From Psychroflexus sp. (GTDB lineage: Bacteria; Bacteroidota; Bacteroidia; Flavobacteriales; Flavobacteriaceae), in contig CBFIGU010000001.1 in assembly GCA_965662165.1 (NCBI GenBank), forward strand, positions 5,254-69,253: 64,000 nucleotides of DNA, written 5' to 3'. The notes beneath the pieces are model-generated. The model was not told the DNA's origin, did not search any database, and saw only the letters and a program-made list of their open reading frames with translations. Made by a program: the position numbers and the translations under genes. Shown here piece after piece: positions 1 to 10,143 of the stretch (within the stretch, counting starts at the first letter, position 1; every line of letters begins with the position of its first letter).

Positions 1-1866
1 TTGGCCTTTTTTGGTAGCCATTAATACGTAATTAGAATTTACATATTCTTCATCTTTTAAATCTTGGGTACAAATAAATGCATTGATTTTATCGTTCGGA
101 TCAATATTGATTAAATTCTGAATTGCCCTACCTTTGGAAGCTTTTGTTCCTTCTGGTATTTCGAAAACTCGCATCCAAAAACACTTCCCATTTTGTGTAA
201 AGAACAACATGTATTGATGGTTAGTTCCCACAAAAAGGTATTCAGAAAAATCTTCATCTCGGGTAGTAGTTGCTTTTTGTCCAACACCACCTCTACTTTG
301 TGTTTTATACTCAGATAATGAAGTTCGTTTTACATAACCTGCATGAGAAATAGTAATCACGACTTGTTCATTAGGAATCATATCTTCCATACTTAAATCG
401 CCACCTGCATATTCTATCACAGAACGTCTTTCATCACCATATTTTTCTTTTATTTCTTGCAATTCGTCTTTAATGATTTGCATTCTGCGTTCTTCACTAC
501 CAAGGATATCTCTTAAATCTTCAATGGTTTTCATCAGTTCATCATATTCAGATCTTAGTTTATCTTGTTCAAGACCTGTAAGTTGTCTCAAACGCATTTC
601 TACGATAGCTTTTGCTTGAATCTCTGATAACTCGAAACGCTCGATTAATCTATTTCTTGCTTCTTCAGCATTAGATGAACCACGAATTATTTTAATTACT
701 TCATCAATATTATCTGAAGCGATAATAAGACCTTCTAAAATATGTGCTCTTTCTTCTGCCTTACGAAGTAAATACTGTGTTCTTCTTGTAACTACATCAT
801 GTCTGTGCTCAACAAAATAGTGAATTAAATCACGTAAGTTTAGCATTTGTGGTCTACCTTTTACTAAAGCAATATTATTTACACTAAAAGAAGATTGAAG
901 CGCTGTATGCTTGTATAATGTATTCAAAACCACATTTGGTACCGCATCTTTTTTCAAAAAGTAAACAATACGCATACCATTACGGTCAGACTCATCGCGT
1001 ATTAAAGAAATTCCTTCAATTTTCTTATCGTTAACTAAGTCGGCTGTTTTCTTAATCATATCCGCCTTATTCACTTGGTAAGGAATTTCAGTAATGATAA
1101 TGCATTCTCTTCCATTTACTTCTTCAAAAGAAGCTTTGGCACGCATTACTACTCTACCTCTACCTGTTTTATAGGCTTCTCTAACACCGTCATAACCATA
1201 AATCGTTCCACCGGTTGGAAAATCTGGAGCTTTTACGTACTCCATCAAACCTTCAATATCTATGTCTTTATTATCTATATAAGCAGAAACTCCGTCAATA
1301 ACTTCGCTTAAATTATGCGGTGCCATGTTTGTTGCCATACCTACAGCAATTCCGCTAGCACCATTCACTAACAGATTAGGAACTCTAGTTGGTAAAACTG
1401 TTGGTTCTTCTAACGTATCATCAAAGTTTAATGAAAAATCAACAGTTTCTTTATCAATATCAGACAGCAGCTCTTCACTTATTTTTTGCATTCTTGCTTC
1501 TGTATAACGCATTGCTGCAGGACTATCTCCATCTACAGATCCAAAATTACCTTGTCCATCTACAAGTTGGTAACGCATGCTCCATTCTTGCGCCATTCTC
1601 ACCATGGTATCGTAAACAGAAGTATCGCCATGTGGGTGATATTTACCTAAAACTTCACCAACAATTCTAGCGGATTTCTTGTGAGCACGATTAGATAGAA
1701 CTCCTAATTCGTTCATTCCAAAAAGAACTCTCCTGTGTACAGGTTTTAGACCATCCCTTACATCGGGTAAGGCTCTAGAAACAATTACAGACATTGAGTA
1801 ATCAATGTATGCGGTTTTCATTTCATCTTCAATATTGATAGGAATCAACTGTTCGCCGTCTGCCAT
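1..1866 (-). CDS. gyrA: DNA gyrase subunit A (3' end runs off the window; absent from the ORF track)
   Basis: Manual translation from ATG at 1866: [46 protein letters not shown]...[13 protein letters not shown]...[10 protein letters not shown] GyrA-box variant QSRGGVG at 280-300 favours gyrA over parC. The ends of the interval translate in the same frame. Confidence 0.97.
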   Translation of the reverse strand, partial: MADGEQLIPINIEDEMKTAYIDYSMSVIVSRALPDVRDGLKPVHRRVLFGMNELGVLSNRAHKKSARIVGEVLGKYHPHGDTSVYDTMVRMAQEWSMRYQLVDGQGNFGSVDGDSPAAMRYTEARMQKISEELLSDIDKETVDFSLNFDDTLEEPTVLPTRVPNLLVNGASGIAVGMATNMAPHNLSEVIDGVSAYIDNKDIDIEGLMEYVKAPDFPTGGTIYGYDGVREAYKTGRGRVVMRAKASFEEVNGRECIIITEIPYQVNKADMIKKTADLVNDKKIEGISLIRDESDRNGMRIVYFLKKDAVPNVVLNTLYKHTALQSSFSVNNIALVKGRPQMLNLRDLIHYFVEHRHDVVTRRTQYLLRKAEERAHILEGLIIASDNIDEVIKIIRGSSNAEEARNRLIERFELSEIQAKAIVEMRLRQLTGLEQDKLRSEYDELMKTIEDLRDILGSEERRMQIIKDELQEIKEKYGDERRSVIEYAGGDLSMEDMIPNEQVVITISHAGYVKRTSLSEYKTQSRGGVGQKATTTRDEDFSEYLFVGTNHQYMLFFTQNGKCFWMRVFEIPEGTKASKGRAIQNLINIDPNDKINAFICTQDLKDEEYVNSNYVLMATKKGQ

Positions 1867-2091
1867 AAATTAAATTTTAATTAATTTGTTTGAGCCGCTA
1901 ATTTACATAAAAAAATCACTATTTTGGCACTAGTAAAGTTATAAAACGGGCTTTTTGTTAACAAAAAATTATTAGCAGGCTAGTGTCATATTGGCATCTT
2001 TTTTTAGCTTGTTTACTATATATTTTGTTATTTAGTAGTATTATTAAATGGTATTGTTTTTGAACAATACTTTACAAATGAAGATAGAACT

Positions 2092-4653
2092 ATGGACGAT
2101 AATTTTTCACCAAAAGTCAAAGATGTAATCAGTTTTAGTAAAGAAGAAGCTTTACGTCTTGGACATGATTTTATAGGCACAGAGCATTTAATGTTAGGCT
2201 TATTACGTGATGACACGAGCAAAGCTATTGAAATACTAAATAGTTTTGATGTAGACCTAGACCGATTAAGAAAAAAAGTTGAAATCATCAATCCAACTGA
2301 CTTTACGTCAACACAAATTAATACTAACCAAAATTTACATCTCACTCGTCAGGCAGAACGGGCTTTGAAAGCTTCTTTTTTAGAAGCCAAACTTTTCCAA
2401 AGCTCGTCTATCAACACAGCTCATTTATTATTGTGTATTTTACGTAATAATGAAGATCCTATTACAAAGTTGCTAGGTAAGCTAGACATCAACTACGAGA
2501 ATGTAAAAGAAGAATTCAAAACCATGATATCACAAGACGGTAATACTTTTGATGAGCCTAAGGCTGAATCTTACCCAGAAGACAATCCTACTGGCGGAAA
2601 AAAATCTCCATTTGAAGGTTCTTCTGATAGTGGTAAATCATTTAAATCGAACAAAAAATCGAAAACACCTGTTTTAGATAATTTCGGAAGAGATTTAACA
2701 GCAATGGCTGAAGATGGAAAACTTGACCCCGTTGTAGGACGAGAAAAAGAAATTGAACGTGTTTCGCAGATTTTAAGTCGAAGAAAGAAAAATAATCCGT
2801 TATTAATTGGTGAACCTGGTGTAGGTAAAAGTGCCATTGCTGAAGGTTTGGCATTGCGAATTATTCAACGTAAAGTGTCACGAATTTTATATGATAAACG
2901 CTTAATCACCCTAGATTTAGCTAGCCTTGTAGCTGGAACCAAATACCGTGGTCAGTTTGAAGAACGCATGAAAGCGGTTATGAATGAACTCGAAAAAAAT
3001 GATGATATTATTTTATTTATCGACGAAATTCATACCATTGTTGGTGCAGGTGGCGCAACTGGAAGTTTAGATGCCAGTAATATGTTTAAACCAGCTCTTG
3101 CTCGAGGTGAAATACAATGTATTGGTGCCACTACACTAGATGAATATCGTCAAAATATCGAAAAGGATGGTGCTCTAGAAAGAAGGTTTCAAAAAATTAT
3201 TGTTGAACCTGCTTCTTTAGATGAGAGCATTGAAATTTTACAAAACATAAAAGAAAAATACGAAGACCATCATAATGTAAAATATACCGATGAAGCTATT
3301 AATGCCTGTGTAAAATTGACATCTCGATATATGAATGATCGCTTTTTACCAGACAAAGCTATTGATGCTTTAGACGAAGCTGGATCTCGTGTTCACATAA
3401 CCAATATTAACGTCCCACAGCGAATACTTGATTTAGAGAATAAGCTTGAAGAAATTAGAAAAGTTAAAAACACAGTTGTTAAGAAGCAAAAGTATGAAGA
3501 AGCTGCAAAACTTCGAGATGACGAGAAAAATGTGGAGAAAGAGTTAGAAATTGCTCAAGAAGAATGGGAAGCAGAAGCAAAAGAAAATAAAATTGTTGTA
3601 AAAGAAAATGACATTGCAGACGTAGTTTCCATGATGACAGGCATTCCTGTAAATAGAATTGCAAAAACAGAAAGCAATAAATTGGCAGAGTTACCCAATA
3701 CCATCAAAGGAAAAGTTATTGGACAAGATGAAGCTGTTGTTAACATTGTGAAAGCTATACAAAGAAACAGAGCCGGTCTTAAAGACCCTAATAAACCAAT
3801 TGGTTCCTTTATATTTTTAGGTCAAACCGGAGTAGGTAAAACACAACTTGCAAAAGTTTTAGCAACAGAACTATTTGATAACGAAGATGCTCTTGTACGT
3901 TTAGACATGAGTGAATACATGGAGAAGTTTGCTGTTTCTAGATTAATTGGAGCACCTCCGGGCTACGTTGGATACGAAGAAGGCGGACAATTAACAGAAA
4001 AAATAAGACGCAAACCTTACGCGGTTGTTTTACTAGATGAAATTGAAAAAGCACACCCTGATGTTTTCAATATGCTGTTACAAGTCTTAGATGATGGACA
4101 CTTAACCGACAGTCTTGGTAGGAAAATTGATTTCAGAAATACCATAATTATTATGACTTCTAATATTGGAGCTCGTAAGTTGAAAGATTTTGGTACGGGT
4201 GTTGGTTTTGGAACTAAATCACAAAAAGAGCAAGAAAAAGACAATAGTAGAAAAGTTATTGAAGGTGCACTTAAAAAAGCATTTGCTCCAGAATTTCTTA
4301 ATCGTGTAGATGATGTAATTATCTTTAATGCTTTAGAAAAAGCACATATTCATAAAATTATTGATATTGAATTAGCCAAGCTTTATAAGCGAATAGAAGA
4401 AATGGGCTACACCTTTACACTTTCTAATGAAGCAAAAGATTTTATTGCTGAAAAAGGCTTCGATTCTAAATATGGAGCTCGACCACTAAATAGAGCAATC
4501 CAGAAATATATTGAAGATGCCTTAGCTGAAAAAATCATCAATACTGAGATTAATGAAGGCGATGCGATCATGATGGATTTTGATGAAGATAAAAAAGAAT
4601 TAACGCTATCCGTTTCAGATGAAAAAAATGAAAAGCATAATAAGAATGAATAA
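2092..4653 (+). CDS. clpC: ATP-dependent Clp protease ATP-binding subunit ClpC
   Basis: Clp_N repeats, two Walker A motifs ([16 protein letters not shown]), UVR-type coiled coil ([12 protein letters not shown]), ClpP-docking GVGFG loop; no long ClpB M-domain. Confidence 0.93.
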   Translation: MDDNFSPKVKDVISFSKEEALRLGHDFIGTEHLMLGLLRDDTSKAIEILNSFDVDLDRLRKKVEIINPTDFTSTQINTNQNLHLTRQAERALKASFLEAKLFQSSSINTAHLLLCILRNNEDPITKLLGKLDINYENVKEEFKTMISQDGNTFDEPKAESYPEDNPTGGKKSPFEGSSDSGKSFKSNKKSKTPVLDNFGRDLTAMAEDGKLDPVVGREKEIERVSQILSRRKKNNPLLIGEPGVGKSAIAEGLALRIIQRKVSRILYDKRLITLDLASLVAGTKYRGQFEERMKAVMNELEKNDDIILFIDEIHTIVGAGGATGSLDASNMFKPALARGEIQCIGATTLDEYRQNIEKDGALERRFQKIIVEPASLDESIEILQNIKEKYEDHHNVKYTDEAINACVKLTSRYMNDRFLPDKAIDALDEAGSRVHITNINVPQRILDLENKLEEIRKVKNTVVKKQKYEEAAKLRDDEKNVEKELEIAQEEWEAEAKENKIVVKENDIADVVSMMTGIPVNRIAKTESNKLAELPNTIKGKVIGQDEAVVNIVKAIQRNRAGLKDPNKPIGSFIFLGQTGVGKTQLAKVLATELFDNEDALVRLDMSEYMEKFAVSRLIGAPPGYVGYEEGGQLTEKIRRKPYAVVLLDEIEKAHPDVFNMLLQVLDDGHLTDSLGRKIDFRNTIIIMTSNIGARKLKDFGTGVGFGTKSQKEQEKDNSRKVIEGALKKAFAPEFLNRVDDVIIFNALEKAHIHKIIDIELAKLYKRIEEMGYTFTLSNEAKDFIAEKGFDSKYGARPLNRAIQKYIEDALAEKIINTEINEGDAIMMDFDEDKKELTLSVSDEKNEKHNKNE

Positions 4654-5152
4654 GTTACCCATGTTATTATTTTCGATAGCTATTATAGTAGCTTGTGAAG
4701 AAAATAAAGCAAATAAAAGTAAAAATCAGGTTACGAATACTGAGGATGTTATTGAAGTAAAAAAAGATATTAATTCACCAGAAATTGAAGAGATTCCAGT
4801 ACTTAGAAAATGTTACACTTACTCATCAGAAGATAATTCTGGTAGTTTAAGTTTAGAACTTACAGACGAAGATAGAGTTACAGGCTCACTCAAGTTGATG
4901 GGAGAAGAAAACAAAAGCGGCTCAGTAATTGGTGAATTTAGTAACGATACTTTATTTGTTACCTTTAAATATTCCGATGGAGATGTTCAATCTGCTGAAG
5001 AATTGGTTTTTCTTGAAGACGATAAAAACTTCACCTTACAAATGGGAAATGCTAATTACACTCAAAAGAAAGGTATTAATGTGATTGAAGATTACGGAGA
5101 AATTGAATTTAATGGCAAATTATTCAAAAAACTAGATTGCCAACAAGAATAG
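4646..5152 (+). CDS. hypothetical lipoprotein
   Basis: [17 protein letters not shown] lipobox. ATG 4646 overlaps the clpC stop; the ORF track start at 4619 is probably too long. Confidence 0.75.
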   Translation: MNKLPMLLFSIAIIVACEENKANKSKNQVTNTEDVIEVKKDINSPEIEEIPVLRKCYTYSSEDNSGSLSLELTDEDRVTGSLKLMGEENKSGSVIGEFSNDTLFVTFKYSDGDVQSAEELVFLEDDKNFTLQMGNANYTQKKGINVIEDYGEIEFNGKLFKKLDCQQE

Positions 5153-5175
5153 CCATTAGTTGTTTTAAAATAATT

Positions 5176-5211
5176 CAAAGCTTCTTAAATTTATAAATTT
5201 AAGAAGCTTTG
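5176..5211. terminator. bidirectional intrinsic terminator / perfect 36-bp palindrome
   Basis: CAAAGCTTCTTAAATTTATAAATTTAAGAAGCTTTG is its own reverse complement and lies at the junction of convergent genes. Confidence 0.65.
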
Positions 5212-6236
5212 CTATTTTTAGCATAATTTTTCCACTTTTCAAAGCAGGCTTGCATATCATCAGGTATTGGCGAATCAAATTGCATCCATTTTTTAGTCAC
5301 AGGATGTTCAAAACCAAGAGTTTTAGCATGCAATGCTTGTCTTGGCAATACTTTAAAACAATTATCTACAAATTGTTTGTATTTAGAAAAGGCTGTACCT
5401 TTCAAAATTTTATCACCACCATAACGCTCATCATTAAAAAGTGTATGTCCAATATACTTCATGTGAACTCTAATTTGGTGAGTTCTTCCTGTTTCAAGTT
5501 TACAACTTACTAAAGTAACATAGGTGTATCGTTCTATTACTTTATAATGAGTTATCGCAGGTTTACCAAATTCAGCATCGTCTCCTTCAAATACAATATT
5601 TTGCATTCTATTTTTAGGACTCCTTCCAATATTTCCTTCAATAGTTCCTTCATCATTTTCCATATTGCCCCAAACTAGTGCAACATATTCTCGTTGGCTA
5701 GTTTTATGAAAAAATTGATTGGTTAAATGTTGCATTGCTAACTCTGTTTTAGCAACTACCAATAAACCGCTTGTTTCCTTGTCAATTCTATGTACAAGTC
5801 CAGGTCGTTGACTAGAATTATTAGGCAAATTATCAAAATGATGTATTAATGCATTGATTAATGTACCCGAATAATTTCCATGACCAGGGTGTACAACCAT
5901 GCCAGCAGGCTTATTAACCACCAATAAAGAATCATCTTCATAGATAATATCCAAAGGAATATCTTCAGGTATTAATTGCGACTCGTAGGGCGGGTAGGAT
6001 AATAAAACTTTTACTTCATCATTCGCTTTTACCTTGTAATTTTGTTTTACGGGTGTAGCATTTACATAAATATTTCCATCTTTTGCTGCTTGTTGAATCT
6101 TAGATCGTGAAGCATTTTCAATAAAATTCATTAAAAATTTATCTACTCGAAGTGGCTCTTGACCTTTCGCAGCAATAAAATGGTGATGCTCGTATAATTC
6201 ATCTTGATCAAAATCAGTTTCTGGGTTATTGTCCAT
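5199..6236 (-). CDS. rluD: RluA/RluD-family 23S rRNA pseudouridine synthase
   Basis: N-terminal S4 domain (LRVDKFL...SRSKIQ), VNKPAGMVVHP, catalytic HRIDKETSG, LETGRTHQIRVH, RQALHA. Confidence 0.92.
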   Translation of the reverse strand: MDNNPETDFDQDELYEHHHFIAAKGQEPLRVDKFLMNFIENASRSKIQQAAKDGNIYVNATPVKQNYKVKANDEVKVLLSYPPYESQLIPEDIPLDIIYEDDSLLVVNKPAGMVVHPGHGNYSGTLINALIHHFDNLPNNSSQRPGLVHRIDKETSGLLVVAKTELAMQHLTNQFFHKTSQREYVALVWGNMENDEGTIEGNIGRSPKNRMQNIVFEGDDAEFGKPAITHYKVIERYTYVTLVSCKLETGRTHQIRVHMKYIGHTLFNDERYGGDKILKGTAFSKYKQFVDNCFKVLPRQALHAKTLGFEHPVTKKWMQFDSPIPDDMQACFEKWKNYAKNSKAS

Positions 6237-6870
6237 CGTCAACTGAATTAGCATTTAAACTTTGACTTCTAGAAGTTGTTCTTTGTATAGTATCAATACT
6301 TGGAGCTTCTTGCCCATATTTTAATTTACCATCTCCAACAATTAAATCTATAGTTGTTGTTTTTTTAATACGTTGCCCTGGCTTTAGTGTATCGCCTTCG
6401 TGAATTAAATATAAAACAACATCTGCAAAATTAGGCACTTCCTTAATTTCACCAACTTGTAAACCAACCGATAGCAAACTCGGTTTTGCTTGTCTCATCG
6501 ATTTGCCAATAATATTATTAGGGATTTCAACTTTTGGATATCCTGAAGGATTCAAGCTTAAATAAATTTTACGATTTTCTTTAACAGAACTACCAGCTTT
6601 AGGAATTTGCTCTGTAACAGAATACCTAGGAAAATCTGGATTAAAAGATGTAGAATCTATAATTTCATATCTTAAGTTCATACTCTCCAACTTCTTTTCT
6701 GCAATATCTAATTCAAGTTTAGCCAAATTAGGCACGCTAATATATTCTTGGTGGTTGGTAGAATATTTTAGCCATACTAAAGCTGCTATAATAATAAAGA
6801 CAAGTACTACTCCTGCAATAAGCAATTGCTTCAAAAATAATTTACTTGACACAAAACGGTAAAAACTCAT
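6226..6870 (-). CDS. membrane-anchored PASTA domain protein
   Basis: N-terminal TM, then VPNLAKL...A...L...Q.PKAG..VK repeats; stop overlaps the rluD start. Confidence 0.85.
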   Translation of the reverse strand: MSFYRFVSSKLFLKQLLIAGVVLVFIIIAALVWLKYSTNHQEYISVPNLAKLELDIAEKKLESMNLRYEIIDSTSFNPDFPRYSVTEQIPKAGSSVKENRKIYLSLNPSGYPKVEIPNNIIGKSMRQAKPSLLSVGLQVGEIKEVPNFADVVLYLIHEGDTLKPGQRIKKTTTIDLIVGDGKLKYGQEAPSIDTIQRTTSRSQSLNANSVDDGQ

Positions 6871-6887
6871 TCTAACTAATTTGATGG

Positions 6888-6895
6888 CAAAGATA
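6888..6895 (-). promoter_or_regulatory. Bacteroidota sigma70 -7 element (TATCTTTG) for PASTA-rluD
   Basis: Exact TAnnTTTG 17 nt upstream of ATG 6870. Confidence 0.6.
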
Positions 6896-6984
6896 CCAAT
6901 TGCATCGACTTATTTATTGTAAATAGAAAAATCAATTTTAAAGTTATATTTTTAATATCTGTAAACAGAAGTAATTCTTATCCT

Positions 6985-7125
6985 ATGAAAATTTCAAAAT
7001 CTACATGGCTCTATATTATTGCAGCTGGTATCACAATATATGGTATTGTAACTGGCTTTTATTTATTTATATTTCTAGCATTTCCCTTAGGTTTATTTGG
7101 ATTTCAAGACCGAAATAAAAAGTAA
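6985..7125 (+). CDS. 46-aa small membrane protein (below the ORF-track cutoff)
   Basis: MKISKSTWLYIIAAGITIYGIVTGFYLFIFLAFPLGLFGFQDRNKK*: hydrophobic hairpin with basic ends, filling an otherwise empty gap. Confidence 0.6.
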   Translation: MKISKSTWLYIIAAGITIYGIVTGFYLFIFLAFPLGLFGFQDRNKK

Positions 7126-7194
7126 TACGTTAAATTGATTTTAATCGGGTGCATCAACAATGTGAAATTATTTAATTTTAAGAAAAATCAAATA

Positions 7195-7482
7195 ATGGAA
7201 ACAAGTACACTATCACAAAAAATTGAAGAATTGAAACAATCTGGCTATACTATTAATTATAGTGTAAAAGATGATAAGATTATGAATATTGATACTAATT
7301 CTGAATTGAAATTAGATGACCTTCAAATAGATCATTTTTTTAGATTTGAAGGAATGACGAATCCTTCTGATACTTCAATTTTGTATGCCATTAACACAAA
7401 AAACAATGAAAAAGGAACTTTGGTTGAAGCTTATGGTGTAAATAGCAGCATATCAAAAGCATTAGCTAAAAAAATTAAATAG
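7195..7482 (+). CDS. conserved Bacteroidota hypothetical protein (family often mislabelled phosphoribosylpyrophosphate synthetase)
   Basis: FFRFEGMTNPSDTSILYAI...KGTLVEAYG motif; at 95 aa it is far too short for a real PRPP synthetase. Confidence 0.75.
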   Translation: METSTLSQKIEELKQSGYTINYSVKDDKIMNIDTNSELKLDDLQIDHFFRFEGMTNPSDTSILYAINTKNNEKGTLVEAYGVNSSISKALAKKIK

Positions 7483-7540
7483 CAGCTGTTAAACATATTT
7501 TAAACAAGTTAAATAACTTTACAATAATTAATCCTTATTG

Positions 7541-7548
7541 TATATTTG
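7541..7548 (+). promoter_or_regulatory. -7 element (TATATTTG) for dps-mscS
   Basis: Exact TAnnTTTG followed by an A-rich leader to ATG 7572. Confidence 0.6.
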
Positions 7549-7571
7549 TAAAAAATAAAATAAAATTATAT

Positions 7572-8048
7572 ATGACTTACTTAAATTTAGATAAAGAAAA
7601 AACAGTAAATACAGTAAAAGAACTTAATAACCTGTTGGCAGATTATCATTTGTATTATCAAAAATTGAGAAATTTCCATTGGAATGTAAACGGAAAAAAT
7701 TTCTTTGACTTACACGAAAAGTTTGAAGAATTATATGACGATGCGAAAGAAAAGATTGATGAAATTGCTGAGCGTATTTTAACCTTAAGACAAAAACCTA
7801 AAAGTAATTTATCTGATTACTTGGAGTTGAGTAGTGTAAAAGAGTCTGATGATGATTTAGAAGACTATAAAATGGTAGAAATGCTAATTGAAGACCATGG
7901 CATCATCATCAAACAAATGCGTAAAGTAGTAAATGTAGCCGACGAAGCTAATGATGAAGGTACAATTGATTTAGTTGGCGCTTACATTAGAGAGTTAGAA
8001 AAATCTAGTTGGATGTTAGAAGTATGGTCTAAAAAAATTAAATCATAA
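7572..8048 (+). CDS. dps: DNA protection during starvation protein Dps
   Basis: LRNFHWNV.G.NFFDLHEKFEELY...DEIAERI ferroxidase signature; 158 aa. Confidence 0.95.
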   Translation: MTYLNLDKEKTVNTVKELNNLLADYHLYYQKLRNFHWNVNGKNFFDLHEKFEELYDDAKEKIDEIAERILTLRQKPKSNLSDYLELSSVKESDDDLEDYKMVEMLIEDHGIIIKQMRKVVNVADEANDEGTIDLVGAYIRELEKSSWMLEVWSKKIKS

Positions 8049-8050
8049 TT

Positions 8051-8962
8051 TTGATATTATCCATATTAGACAAATTCAGTAAACTCAAATCTGAGTTAAT
8101 TGACAAAATATTAAACATGGTAGATTCAATTGTATTGAATCTACCAAATTTTGTTATTGCCATACTTGTATTTTTCATTTTCATTTTTCTTGCCAAGTTT
8201 ATTGGCAAATTAATTGATAGAATATTTCAAAAAACATCAGCACAACGTTCTGTACGAATTATAATTATTAAGGTTACTAAAGTTGTAGTAATCTTGATTG
8301 GGTTTTTTATTGCACTTGGTATCTTAAACTTAGATAAAGTTTTAACTTCTGTACTTGGTGCAGCTGGTGTAATTGGTCTTGCCATTGGTTTAGCATTACA
8401 AGGAATGCTAAATAATACATTTTCTGGAGTAATACTAAGTTTTTTACCTCGAATACAAATCGGTGATTGGGTAGAAACAAATGATTTTAGCGGTAGAGTT
8501 ACCGATATTGATTTACGCAGTGTAGTAATTCAAACAGCAGATCAGAATCAAGTTATTATTCCTAATTCTAAAATAGTAGATTCACCTTTCAAAAACTTTT
8601 CGACAACAAAACGAGGAAGAATTACAGTTTCTTGCGGTGTGGGTTATGAAAGTGATTTAGAGCATGTACAGAAGTTAACAGAAGATGTTATTCAATCTGA
8701 ATTTAAGCAAGATGTTGGTGAAGGAATTGAATTTTATTACCAAGAATTTGGTGATAGCTCTATCAATTTTATTGTTAGATTTTGGACAAATGTTAGAGAC
8801 CAAAAAGATGTTTTAAAAGCTTCGCATAAAGCCATATTAGCAATCAAGAGAACTTTCAACGAACATGATATTAATATTCCGTTCCCTATCAGAACTTTAG
8901 ATTTTGGAAAGAATAAATTCAGGTCAGAGACTATTCACATAGACACCAATAGTAAATCATAA
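8051..8962 (+). CDS. mscS: small-conductance mechanosensitive channel MscS
   Basis: GAAGVIGLAIGLALQG..NN.FSG, IQIGDWVE, IIPNSKI, INIPFP. Start is TTG 8051 or ATG 8117. Confidence 0.92.
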   Translation: MILSILDKFSKLKSELIDKILNMVDSIVLNLPNFVIAILVFFIFIFLAKFIGKLIDRIFQKTSAQRSVRIIIIKVTKVVVILIGFFIALGILNLDKVLTSVLGAAGVIGLAIGLALQGMLNNTFSGVILSFLPRIQIGDWVETNDFSGRVTDIDLRSVVIQTADQNQVIIPNSKIVDSPFKNFSTTKRGRITVSCGVGYESDLEHVQKLTEDVIQSEFKQDVGEGIEFYYQEFGDSSINFIVRFWTNVRDQKDVLKASHKAILAIKRTFNEHDINIPFPIRTLDFGKNKFRSETIHIDTNSKS

Positions 8963-8976
8963 TAAATTTTATATAC

Positions 8977-10101
8977 TTATTTTGTTAGCACGCTTGCATA
9001 CAATTTTTCGTACATAGGTACGATTTGTTCTATATCAAATTTCCAAGCCTGCTTTTCTGCATTTAATTTCATTTGGGTGAGTTTTTGCTCGTTAGATAAA
9101 ATAGAAATGGCTTTTTCTGCCATCGATTCGACATCTCCAACTTCGCATAAATAACCTGAATAAGCTTCAGTCACTACTTCTGGCAATCCACCAGTATTAG
9201 ATGCAACAACGGGAATTCCATGAGCCATAGCTTCTAAAGCAGCTAAGCCAAAACTTTCTTTTTCTGAAGGCAATAAAAATAGATCTGAAAAACATAAAAT
9301 ACGTTCAATCTCATTGGACTTCCCTAAAAATATTATTTGATCTCTAATTCCTAAATCATGGGCTAATTTTGAAGCGTTTTCACGTTCAGGTCCATCCCCA
9401 ATAATTAGTAATTTTGCTTTTAGTTTTTTTTGCACACGATAGAAAACTTCAATTACATGGTCTATTCGTTTTACAGGTCGTAGATTACTAACATGAACAA
9501 TAATTTTTTCATCTTCGTTTGCCATTAAATGACGTTTGCAGTTTTTAAAATCTTTCTGCAGATTATTCATATCTATGAAATTCGGTATTACATGAACTTC
9601 TTTGTCAATATCAAAAATAGCAAGCGTGTCAGATCTTAGACTTTCTGAAACAGATGTAACTAAATCACTTTTATTAATGCTAAAATTTACAGCGGGTTTA
9701 TAAAAACTATGGCTTCCAACTAAGGTAATGTCTGTTCCGTGTAAAGTTGTCATCATGGGTAAGTGAATACCTTCTTCTAATAACATTTTTTGAGCCATGT
9801 ATCCTGCATAAGCATGTGGGATAGCGTAATGCACATGCAAGACATCGATATTAAATTTTTTAACTACAGTAACTAATTTACTAGAAAGTGCCAGTTCATA
9901 AGGTTGATAATGAAATAATGGATATTCTGGAACAATTACTTCATGATAATGAATATTGTGTGTTAAGTAATCTAAGCGAACGGGTTGCTTGTAGGTAACA
10001 AAATGAATTTCGTGACCTCTTTTTGCTAAAGCTATTCCCAATTCAGTAGCTACTACTCCACTCCCACCAAAAGTGGGATAACATACTATTGCTATTTTCA
10101 T
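8977..10101 (-). CDS. bshA: N-acetyl-alpha-D-glucosaminyl L-malate synthase (bacillithiol biosynthesis, GT4)
   Basis: MKIAIVCYPTFGGSGVVATELG, LHVHYAIPHA, TTLHGTDIT, HVSNLRPVKR, ESFGLAALEAM. Confidence 0.9.
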   Translation of the reverse strand: MKIAIVCYPTFGGSGVVATELGIALAKRGHEIHFVTYKQPVRLDYLTHNIHYHEVIVPEYPLFHYQPYELALSSKLVTVVKKFNIDVLHVHYAIPHAYAGYMAQKMLLEEGIHLPMMTTLHGTDITLVGSHSFYKPAVNFSINKSDLVTSVSESLRSDTLAIFDIDKEVHVIPNFIDMNNLQKDFKNCKRHLMANEDEKIIVHVSNLRPVKRIDHVIEVFYRVQKKLKAKLLIIGDGPERENASKLAHDLGIRDQIIFLGKSNEIERILCFSDLFLLPSEKESFGLAALEAMAHGIPVVASNTGGLPEVVTEAYSGYLCEVGDVESMAEKAISILSNEQKLTQMKLNAEKQAWKFDIEQIVPMYEKLYASVLTK

Positions 10102-10143
10102 TATCTATTTTTTAAGTTGATAAAGTCCAAGTCTTTTATTTTT

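Noticed and set aside
1603-1641. GyrA QRDR has Thr at the E. coli Ser83 position (GDTSVYD)
   Set aside because: Thr is the usual flavobacterial residue, not an acquired resistance allele.
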